28,910 nucleotides of DNA from Paramecium tetraurelia. Taxonomy: Eukaryota. The stretch is taken from positions 62,001 through 90,910 of the forward strand of contig CT867988.1 in the NCBI GenBank assembly GCA_000165425.1, in the 5' to 3' direction. The translations under genes were made by a program, and so were the position numbers. This document shows positions 12,244 through 23,757 of this stretch, in pieces; position 1 is the stretch's first letter; each line of letters begins with the position of its first letter. The notes below the pieces were generated by a model, which saw only the letters and a list, made by a program, of their open reading frames with translations, had not been told where the DNA came from and ran no database searches.

Positions 12244-13242
12244 TCACTTGACGTTGACATATAATTTCTTAACTTATTCTGGTAATTCTTTGAAGAAAGG
12301 GTGGTCACAAGCGGCTTTGGCTGTAATTCTTTAATCTGGGTTAATTTTAAGCATTTTGATCAATAGGTCTAGTCCATCTGGATCAAGTCTTGGACAAAAC
12401 TTAGCCAAATTATCAGGTTGATATTATTCAAAGTTTTCGGGTTTCCAGCTTGGAAGATCATTCAATTTTGGATATTCCTAGAATAGTGAGAGTAATTTAC
12501 AATAGGTGTAGGAGTACCAAGGACTCTGAATATCTTTTTTAATTGATCAGTTTCATTGCTTCCAGCAAAAAGAGGTTTAAGATTTGACATTTCAGCAAAG
12601 ATACAGCCCACACTCCAGATATCTATTGAGGTGTTGTAGTTTTTAGAGCCCAACAAGACATCTGGTGGTCTGTACCATAGTGTTACAACTTCATGAGTGA
12701 AACTTTTAACAGGGATTCCACTAGCTCTGGCGAGTCCAAAATCAGCAAGTTTGAGTATTCCGTCTTTGGAGACCAAAAGATTTTGAGGTTTGAGATCACG
12801 GTGTAATATTTTTTATTAATGACATGCTTAGATTCCTCTTAAGAGTTAATAGAGAAAGCTTTTGACAATAACAGGTTCCATGCCTTTCTCTTTGGGGAAT
12901 TGAGCAAAGAATTTCTTAAGATCCATTTCAACATACTCAAAGACCAGTACGAGCTTCTTATTTGAATGCACAACCTCCATTAATCTAGATAGAACGAGTA
13001 TTACTTCACAATGTTTGGATGATTCAACTCTTTGAGAAGAGAGATCTCTCTGATGGCAGTACTAGGAATGCCTTCCTCTTCTGACTCAAGTCTGATTTTT
13101 TTTAATGCCACATACTCATTAGTGTTACGGTCTAAATGCAAATAATAATAGGATGCATACCCAATGCCTTATACACAATTCCGTAAGTACCTTCCCCGAG
13201 CTTCTCCTTCTTCTCGTATTTCTCCAATTTATTAGATTTCAT
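12244..13242 (-). CDS. cdc2: PSTAIRE cyclin-dependent kinase (cdc2/CDK1-like), 308 aa
   Basis: [44 protein letters not shown] and [17 protein letters not shown]. Introns 13132-13160, 12985-13004 and 12478-12500 leave 309 codons. From recollection, 308 aa, three introns and V-to-I in the PSTAIRE region fit Paramecium cdc2PtA or an ohnolog. Confidence 0.95.
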
Positions 13243-13279
13243 AATATTAAATATTAATGTACGATTTTTATTTTCATTT

Positions 13280-13671
13280 TCAATCAAACAAACCACCCAT
13301 ATCAACATCTTCCTCTGGTTCTTCAGCTTTCTTGACTTCCTTGACTGGCTCTGCCTTTTTGGTCTCAGCAGCAGCAGGAGTGGATGTAGTTTGAGTCTAT
13401 GGAGCACTGCTTGCACTTCCACTGCTACCATGCAACAAATCCCCAACTTTTTTGCCCTTGAGTGCTTTCTCAAATACTTTGGTCCAAATGGGTTCGACTC
13501 TCAAATTTGAAGCCTTAATGATTTTGGCTAATTTAGTGGCATCGATCTTATTATCACATTTTCAAGTACATCTTGATTGTCTTCATATAAAATGAGGGCT
13601 GCGTATGTGCATGCAGCTTCTGAAGTAGCTTAGTCTGCAATTGGTCTAGTGTCCTTTGCTGCTTTGGCCAT
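13280..13671 (-). CDS. RPLP1: 60S acidic ribosomal protein P1
   Basis: SEAACTYAALILYED|IDATKLAKIIKASNLRVEPIWTKVFEKALKG, an Ala/Ser hinge, and C-terminal EEDVDMGGLFD*; one 23-nt intron. Confidence 0.95.
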
Positions 13672-13712
13672 TTAATTTTTTAAAATATTAATTAAAAAAA
13701 GATATACAAATT

Positions 13713-14760
13713 ATGCTCTTCTCTATCTCACCTTAGCCTCCATTCCAAATCCATCACCGAAAACAAACCACCTTTCAAGTCATCAATCTGGTTGACCACC
13801 CAATCCTCTTTAGATTCAAGAATGATAACCTAATAAGAATAATGCCTTCCTATGGTATGATTGCTCCCAACGAAAGGAAATTAATTTCGGTGACCAACAA
13901 AGCTAGTCAATTTGACACGGATGTGTTACTAGAAGCTATTAATTATGTTGAGGAATATCTCGATATGCTTGAGTATTCCAACCCTCAATTGTGGGTTGAA
14001 AAATAACCAGGAGTATTGCCCACTCAAATGCTCTCTATCAGAATGAACATCAATACAGATGCATCCAGCACTCAATAATCAGATAAAAAATAAACTTTTG
14101 AAGAAGTTATGAAATAAGAGCCTATGCAATTACAAAGATCATAACACACCTTTAGTCGGTTATAAGAACAAATCGTCCATAAAAATAGTCTTGATGGTTA
14201 AGAAAGCAGAACTTCAAATATCTTCAATAATACTCCTAGCATTAGTCCCATTTTGTAGGATGCAAGCAGATTAAGTGCTAATATCAGTAGAGATGTAAAA
14301 TAACCGACCTTTTTTACAGAAACTTATGAGATTCCTCAAGAACCTATTGAAAAATTCTAAGAGAAAATGGATCTTGAATAAAACTATCAGAATGAACCCT
14401 CCGAATCTGGTAATTTTAGATGCAACGACGAGGAAAGATCAAACCATGAAGTCTCAGGAATACGCTCTTAAACTTCCATAATTAAAGTCGAATAAGTCTA
14501 ATTAATTTCCACTTTGAAGTAGAAAGAGCAACAGATTATCAAGTAAATTGATTAAATCAAGACAAGCAAGGACTAGTTGAATGATGAATTAGAAAAATTG
14601 AAATTTAAAGCAATGTTCAAAAATAAAGAAAACCACAAATGTACTACAATTATCATAATTTATAGAGGATTAATAAATATTAATCGGACATTTGTTAATC
14701 GTTAGTGTTATATGTCTAATATTGGGAGCATTGTTAAAAAAGATTTAATAACTTTTTTGA
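13713..14760 (+). CDS. MSP-domain, tail-anchored VAP-like protein (divergent)
   Basis: N-terminal MSP-like beta region (FQVINLVDHPILFRFKNDNLIRIMPSYGMIAPNERKLISVT), then a linker, a coiled coil and a C-terminal TM (IGHLLIVSVICLILGALLKK). Intron 14641-14665; TGA 14758-14760. Confidence 0.7.
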
Positions 14761-14788
14761 TACTAAATGAACAATAATCACTATTATA

Positions 14789-16609
14789 TCAATACATTCC
14801 TTCCATTCCTCCCATGCCTCCCATATTTGGGGCTCCTCCAGCTTTTTCCTCCTTTTTTCCTTCAACAATCATACATCTAAATTAGAATGATAATTATACT
14901 CTGTTGTTGTCATTAAACTGGCACACTGAGGCAGCATCAACAAGTGCGGTTCTTACAACTTTTGTTGGATCAATGATACCAGCCTTGATCATATTGACAT
15001 ATTATGATTTTGAAGCATCATATCCGAATTCTTCGTCTTTTCCTTCCAACAATTTTCCAACAACAACAGCTCCTTCTTCACCAGCATTTTCAACAATGGT
15101 TCTGCATGGTAATTCAATGGCCTTCTTGACAATTTGGATACCGATGTTCTAATCGAAATTGTCTCCCTTGAGTTTATCTAAAACTCTTGTGGCATACAAT
15201 AAAGCACATCCACCACCTAAATTTTTATTTAATTTTTATACCTACAACAATACCCTCATCAACAGCAGCTCTGGTTGCATTGAGTGCATCTGTGATTCTG
15301 TCTTTGATTTCACCAACTTCGACTTCTGAAGCACCACCAACTTTGATGACTCCAACTCCTCCTTATAATTTAGCCAATCTCTCTTTGAGTTTATCTTTGT
15401 CATATTCTGAATTTGATTCTGTGACTTGAGCTTTGATGATTTCACATCTTTCAGCGATGCTTTCCTTGGATCCAATACCATCCATAATGATGGTGTCGTC
15501 TTTGGTGACAATGATTGATTTGCATTGTCCAAGAACTGTGTGATCTGATTTTTCCAATGTCAATCCAACATCTTCTGTGACCACTGTGGCTCCTGTTAAA
15601 ACAGCAATATCATTTAAGATTGCCTTTCTGTTATCCTAAAATAATCAAATTTAATTCATACTCCAAAAGCAGGGGCTTTGACAGCACAGACTTTGAGTCC
15701 TCCTCTCTAATTTGTTGAGAACCAATTGAGCCAAGGCTTCTGATTCAACATCATCAGCAATCAATAAAAGTGGCTTGTTCTCTCTTACAACATGTTCCAA
15801 AATTTAGAGAATTGATTGAATGTTAGAGATTTTCTTGTCAGTGATCAAAATGTATGGCTTTTCGAATTCTGTCTTTTATGTCTTTGGATCTGTGGCGAAA
15901 TAAGGACTGATGTATCCTCTGTCGAATTTCATACCCTCGACAAATTCGATTTCGTGATTAAGTGTTTTGCCATCAGATACTGTGATGGTTCCGTGTTCTC
16001 CTACTTTATCCATGAGTTCTGCAATCAATTTTCCAATTTCAACATCTCCATTTGCAGAGATTGTAGCTACGTTTTCGATCATGTCCTTTGATTTGACAGG
16101 CTTTGATCTACTCTTCAAATCCTTAACGACTGCCTCGCAAGCCAAATTGATTCCTCTTCTTAAGTCCATAGGCTAAAATGGATATATATATAAATCCTTA
16201 CATTGAGTCCAGCAGCGACACTCTTGACTCCCTCCTTGAAGATAGCTCTAGCCAAAACTGTGGCTGTTGTTGTGCCATCACCAGCTTCATCATTAGCTTT
16301 GGATGCCACTGACTTTACTAATTGAGCTCCGATGTTTTCGAATCTATTAGAGAATTCGATTGCCTTTGCGACGGTAACACCATCCTTAGTGATTTTGGGA
16401 CCACCATATGGTTAATCGATGACTACATTTCTTCCCTTTGGTCCAAGAGTTGTTTGGACTGCATCAGCTAATTTGTCACAACCACGTAACATCTGTTGTC
16501 TGCACTCTTGTCCAAAACTCAATTCTTTTCCTGCAAAGAAAACTGGAGTAGAAACGAGGGATTTTCCCAATACAACATTGCCAAAAAGCTTTCTAGATGA
16601 AGAAATCAT
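14789..16609 (-). CDS. HSP60: Mitochondrial chaperonin 60 (GroEL family)
   Basis: Presequence-like [13 protein letters not shown], then [53 protein letters not shown] and a GGM-type tail [10 protein letters not shown]; several tiny introns. Confidence 0.97.
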
Positions 16610-16722
16610 TAACAATTTAAAGACAATTAATTTATTAGTGAAAATTACCCACAATTAAATTAAATAGTCTCTTAATAGTATATTCTAGAAATTCTAGATT
16701 AAATTTATTTAATTTTATATAC

Positions 16723-19098
16723 TCAATATCTCTTTTAGCCTCTTTGATGCTTCTTCTCTTACCTCTATTCTTAGGCTTAGTATTCTTTATTTGCAGTTTC
16801 CTCTTTCGGAACATAAAGATCTTAATCATTAGCCTTAGAGTTCAAATTCTTTTTGCCTTATTGATGTTTATTATTATTATTTTATTTCTGCTCATACGGT
16901 TATCTTTGCTGACTCTCTTATTTCTCTTCGTATTCTTACTGAATTTTCGGCTTGTTAGTTCCAACATATCCCCCATCTCTGTTTCTCTCCTTCTAAAGAA
17001 CCTTCTTCTATTCATAATTTCCTTAAGGCCTATCATCCCGATCATAGTCGTCCCTTTTATAACAATCATCATCATTCCTTGAATATTCTTGATTCCTATT
17101 TTTATTTCTATATTGTTAATTATTATTGTTTTGGTTTTTTCTTTGATATTCATCATTGTTATTCTGGTAATGATTATCCTTAACATGTACTTTTATATGC
17201 TTTTCTTAATAATGACGATTATCATTGTTATTGTTATTTCTGTTTCCATTATCTCTTCTAAATTGATCATTCTCCTCATCACTGAATCCTGGCTCATTAT
17301 GTTGTTATTTAATTTGTTATTACTACTTGCTCGGTTTCTTGAGAATTTTTACCTATTTATCATTATTATTATCTAAATTCTAATAACTCATGCTATGTCC
17401 TGAATTGATCTATGAATTTATTGATTTCTTTGAAGGTTATGCATACCTAATAAAATGATCATTAGGAACATAGTCATCATACTCATCTTCATCGCTACTT
17501 TTGTATTCCTTTTCAGGTCTTTGCAATGCTTCCTGATAATCATATGTATCATCAGGCTCATCATTGTAAAGCTTAGCTGTGATCTCAGCCATCTCAATCC
17601 TATCCTTTAATGGTTAATCAAATGCCAATTTTTATTTCTTTTTTGATACTATTTCAATTAATTTCTCTTCTGCTTGAATTGGTTAATCTTCTTCAATTTG
17701 CATAGTCTATTCTTCATTCTCAGCCTCATCTTATTCTATTGCCTGCATAATATCAACGGCAAATGTGGACTAGGTTGGATCGAAATTTTCAAAAGCATCA
17801 AAATTCTCAGGCTCTGTATTATTGGCTTTACCTTTGAGTCTTTCTCTCTCCTCCATTACTGTTGTCATTTGAAGAGTTACTTCTTCAATGTCCTCTTTTG
17901 GTAGATTAATTTGATTCCATGGTGTGTTCATTAACAACTCAATCATGTTAAAACCATTTTCATAAAGAGCTTCAAATAGAATCCATTCTTTGTTTTGGCT
18001 TGAATTTACCTTTTTAAATTTAAACTTCCTTTTTATAATACCAAAATTTTGAATCAAATAATTCATGTGCTCTTGAGCTTATTTTATCTATTTTGTCACT
18101 ATCAATTCCTCAAGGTATTTAAAATAAATAACAAAGAAATCTATAAATCTTTACACAGCTTGTTTCAGGAAGTGATGTAAATTTTATAAAAACTAAGGTT
18201 TCCAAACACCTGAGATTTGTGTGATTCCTCTACTATATCCCTTAGCTAGAATTAATTCATAAAAAATCTATTCAAAACATTACATCACTTCTGTTTTAAA
18301 TAGATATTGTTGTTATGGGAAATATTTGGCCCAAACAATAGCAGTTTCGATGGAATCTAAAATTAATGTGAGCAACTCCATTTTTCGTTGGACATCATTA
18401 ATAATGATTTCATTTTCATTTGCTGATTTATTATTTATTGCAAACATCTCCTCATAAATATTCCCAAGAACATTTTTCATAAAGGAATCTATAGTAGATT
18501 TGTAATCGTCTTGGTAAGCTTGATATTTGAATACAAATTGGCAAATTTTCTTGACACCATCTAGGTTAATAGAATTATTATTATTACGATCGTTTTGTTC
18601 CCCATATATTGTGCAGATATCAGTCAATTTCATGATGTCAAAGATCCATTTTTAGTATACCAAATCGTATACACCAATTTATTCATATAGAATTGCATCT
18701 TCATTTTATAAATCTATTAGTCGGAGATAGATCGCAAAGACGCATTTGAAGATCTCTTTGATTAACACACCATAGTATCCTGTGAAATGCAAGGGTTCTT
18801 TGAGAAAGTGTTTTCTTGGTGCGTGTCTCAAGAAGAGATCTAAGGAATTTTGGAGATTTAAATTGTAAGAGAGCGTGGCCCAAAATTTACTTGGGTGATA
18901 CTCAAGAAGAGTTTTGTAATCGCCTAGTATTTTTTAAGCTAATTTGATGTTGCCATTATTCTATTTTTATAATAAAAAATGACTTACAGTGTAATCGTCG
19001 GCAAGAAGGGAGAAGAAATTAGATTAGTCACTCTCATTTATGTCTTGAGAATGGACTTTTTTGGTTTATTTTTGCGTATGCTTCTGTTTTTTAGACAT
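16723..19098 (-). CDS. ASCC2: ASCC2-like (activating signal cointegrator 1 complex subunit 2) protein with low-complexity N/D/Q/R tail
   Basis: LLEYHPSKFWATL...LQNSLDLFLRHAPRK...VFAIYLRL...VYQKWIFDIMKLTDICTIYG parallels the ASCC2 N-terminal domain (FW...L...LD.YL...PR; FLFDIPKILDLC.LFG). YNDEPDDTYD matches the ASCC2 Y.DEYDDTYD motif. Probable 27-nt intron at 18961-18987. Confidence 0.75.
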
Positions 19099-19123
19099 AA
19101 ATTAAAATATTAAAGAATTTACG

Positions 19124-19878
<755 letters not shown>

Positions 19879-19951
19879 AAAGGTGTAAAACCAACAATAC
19901 ATATTATAATATATATATTTATCTATAGCTATCACATTTTATGCGTTCTCA

Positions 19952-21545
19952 TCATTGAACCCTCATTGCTTTTAGGTTGTCAAAAGTAATTGGTCTAACA
20001 ATATACTACTCTATTCCTTCTCATAATCCTTTAATTAGATTTTGACCAAGTATCTGCATTCTCCCATTGTCTTATAATATAGAATATTTATGGAAATATG
20101 ATTGTCTCAATATGAATACATTTTTATTATCATGATAAGAATTTGTTCTCTTTTTCTAACATAAATACGTAATGAAATAGAACAATAATTTTGCGATTAA
20201 GACTATTACTAAATACGAATTATTATATTACTTCAATTTTAATCTTAATGCATAGTCAAGCACTAAAAACCTAATATTAGACCTGAATAATAAACTACTA
20301 AAAACAATAATTATTAAATTTAAATTATTTATTCATCAGAAAATAACAGCATTATAGATATAAACATTGGAGAAATCTTAGTTAAGATTATAATTGGATG
20401 ATTAGACTTTTGATTAATCTAATAATTTGAAAAGCCCAATTTAGGGATAAATAAACTTTATAAATCATTCTAATATTTTTTTTTGAATACTTTATCTCTT
20501 TCTTATCCAAATTCAAGCAGAATGTCTTAAAAATATAAAAAACATATAGAATTTCAAAAACGAATGTTGGTAGTAGGTAGCAGGAAAAAATTGAAACACT
20601 CATGAATATAAGAATACGTCTTAATTCATCTTATGCAGATAAATAAAATTATTCAAATAATTCTGCTTGTTTTGTATCACATAATTTACAATATGCTGTA
20701 AAGCTAAATACTAGATTTACAGAATTTTATTTGGCAGTATACTCATTATTAGAAATATGGCACCAATGCATATAATCAGATTAGCTAATCCTGAATTTTT
20801 TGAAGCAAAAATTCCAAAATACTTATCCTTTGTTTCATCACTCAATAAGAAGAAACAAATAAGGATGACAGATAGTAGTAAAATTATTATTTTTGGTATT
20901 AGGTTTTATAATAATTATAACGCCTAAACCCAAAGCTATTTCAATTAATTGTTATTTTGCAGCTTCAGAAAATTCTAAAAATTTGTCTTTTTGATCATCA
21001 TTTAAATATAATAAAAAAATATAGCTAGTAAGTAGAATCAAAATAACTGACTTTTCTTGTATGTCCAGTAATATAATTATTGTGCTTACTAAAATACCTA
21101 TAGCATTTAATTCTTCTTTTTTTACCATAATAATAAATAAATATAAAAAGAATTTTATTATCATTATATAAGCTTCTTAATAGAATTAGATAAATAGTTT
21201 CAAATACTCATAATATATTAGTTTATTGATTGCTAATTAAGTTTTGAGGAGGTAGTAACAGTGGAAATCTTATAACATCCCTATTAATAATAATTTAAAA
21301 GTGGACTAAGTTTTGGATAAGCTAATTTCAGATTTGAAATATTAATTTCTCTTAATTCCTCATTTATTTTAAATGAATCTCTTCATAATAGATTTTAATA
21401 TTATGCTTACTTGTTTTTATCATCATATCCACAATTTGAATTACATTCAGGGTAATTAATCAGATAATGATGATTATTCTTGAAAAGAATATATTTATTA
21501 TTAATAAATTTGTCAAAATATATAATTAAGTATGAGTGCCATCAT
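19952..21545 (-). pseudogene. Degenerate multi-pass membrane protein gene
   Basis: Hydrophobic TM-like segments in code 6 can be joined only through at least 3 frame changes (about 20900, 20400-20480 and 20330) with no usable GT-AG intron. There is also an in-frame TGA at 20021-20023 (KGL*EGIEQYIVRP). No in-frame ATG was found at the 5' end, so boundaries are approximate. Confidence 0.6.
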
Positions 21546-21611
21546 GTCTCTATAATAATTAGACTAGTTACCAAGGGATTTTATCAAAAGAAAAATCCAG
21601 ATCAACCTAGA

Positions 21612-23326
21612 ATGTACAAACAAGTATTAATAAAAATAGAAACCAAGTATAAGGTTATTGAAGAAGCAGTTCAGCTGTTAGAATGGAAGATTACTCCTTC
21701 AGATATTGAATGCCATATCTTTTGGAAAGATACCTATGTAACTGATGAAGAATATCGTCGTTTATTACCATACTAGAGAATTAATCATTTTCCTGGATCG
21801 TATATGTTAGGCAAAAAGAATGAGCTATGTCGTAATTTGAATAGAATGCGGAAAATGTTTCCTGATGATTATGATTTCTTCCCAAGAACATGGCAATTAC
21901 CTTATTAAAGTGAAGAGGTCAGATAAAAATAAGGAACAGGAATCTTTATTGTGAAACCAGAAGCAAATTGCCAAGGCAGAGGGATATTTCTAACCAAAAA
22001 GCTGGATCCCTTTCTTGATAAGCACTACGTTGTATAAGAATATCTAAGTAATCCATATTTAATAGATGGATTGAAATTTGATCTAAGGTATAAATTTATA
22101 TAAATGCAGAATCTATGTACTCCTAAAGTCTATCTATCCATTGAAGATATTTATGTATCAAGAGGGTCTCGCAAGGTTTTCAACCAAAAAATATGTAAAG
22201 CCTTAAAAGAAAAACCTAGGCAGTGTTACAATGCATTTGACCAACTATGCTATCAATAAAAGAAGCAAAGAGTTTATATTCAATAATGACACTAATAATG
22301 ATGATGTTGGACATAAAAGATCTCTGACATCTGTATTGAAAGTAATAATATTAAGTATTTAAAGTATTTGCAAGATCAAGGTCAAGATGTAAAATAATTA
22401 ATAAATCAAATCAAACAAGTGATAGTTAAGACTATTTAAAGTGTTTAAGGAGAATTATCTCATCTATATAGATCATAATAACATAATAATGATGGGATTG
22501 AATAGTGTTTTGAGTTATTTGGATTTGATATTCTTTTAGATTCTTCACTTAAACCTTGGTTACTTGAAGTCAATCACACTCCTTCATTTTCTACTGATAC
22601 ACCATTAGATAAATTAATCAAAAGGAATCTGATCAGGGATACTTTGATTCTTTTAGATGTTAAAAATAAACCTAAAAAAATATACTTAGAATAGAAAAGA
22701 GCTCCTGTTTATTAGAGGCCGATCAAAATGAGTTTAGAAGAAAAAGAGAAATAATCAGCTAAGATGAGTCATTTTGAAGAAAATCACTTAAATGGTTACA
22801 TCAAAATATATCCTGATGAGGTACATTAATATCTATTAACAGGTAGAATAAAGATTACTATGAATAATTTATGCCTCCCAAACCTAAAGAAAGAGAGAAT
22901 AGAGAGAGTGTGATCATTCAATAGCTTGATTAATTTAAGAATGTAGAAAGAGCAATAAAAAGCTAGGCTGAAGTTAAACTTCCATAATAGAAGAAGAATG
23001 CCAAAAGATTATCTACTAACTAGTCTTTCAGTGATTTGGATGGTCAGTCTTTATAATAATTAACAGGAAGAAATATTGTAATTCCCTAAACTAGAACCAC
23101 TTCTTAATAACGTCCTTTTAGTAGTATTACAACAATAAATAGAACAATAAGCGCTGTTAGAAAGGCTGCCTTAGCGAATTAATACTACAATTTAAATCAA
23201 TCTTAAAATTAAAAAAGACTAGTTTATCCTCCACCAGTAGAACTTCCCCCAAAACCTGTTTACAAAATGATTCCAATTAAAACTTTTAGTTTCTAGAAAA
23301 TCGAAAATAGTCAGAAAAATGAATGA
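21612..23326 (+). CDS. Tubulin polyglutamylase, TTLL6/13-like
   Basis: [94 protein letters not shown]; three tiny introns; TGA 23324-23326. Confidence 0.93.
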
Positions 23327-23757
23327 AACAGATTAACGTACTTTATATTTATATGTTATTATTATTTATTACATTTCTAGTAATGCTTAATGTTATATTT
23401 TATAAGTAGAGCAAAAACTTAATTGATTTCAGGTAAGTAAAAGAAAGCAACAATTTTGTATGCACATAAATAGAAGAGTTTATTATTTTAATCAGTATTA
23501 ATATTGTAAAATAATAAAGGATAGATTTAAAAATAAAGCTCCTTGATAATTTAATTAATTTATAATTTATTTGATTAACTCTATTAAATCAATTATAAAG
23601 AAATATGAAATATACTCCAATTTTAATTAAAATACAAATGGTAAATTATATAGTTAAAATATATGCTTTTGATCTGAATATAATATTATTTATAAAATCA
23701 GTAATCTAAAACATTATTTTCTAAATATAATTATAATTATATATATAATTTATTAAG

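Noticed and set aside
13132..13473. ORF seemingly fusing an upstream peptide to the CDK N-terminus
   Set aside because: The upstream part is an off-frame reading of RPLP1; the CDK starts at ATG 13242.
14904..16658. Several antisense ORFs overlapping HSP60
   Set aside because: Typical shadow ORFs arising from biased codon usage in a highly expressed gene.
16635..17376. Hydrophobic plus-strand ORFs and Ile/Met-rich minus-strand ORFs in the supplied track
   Set aside because: Antisense or off-frame shadows of the low-complexity N/D/Q/R tail of the ASCC2-like gene.
17373..17393. Second possible GC-AG intron in the ASCC2-like gene
   Set aside because: The frame is continuous through this 21-nt segment, so no intron is needed.
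20021..20023. In-frame TGA as selenocysteine or read-through
   Set aside because: It lies in a gene with several frameshifts, there is no redox motif, and no SECIS was recognised; a nonsense mutation is simpler.
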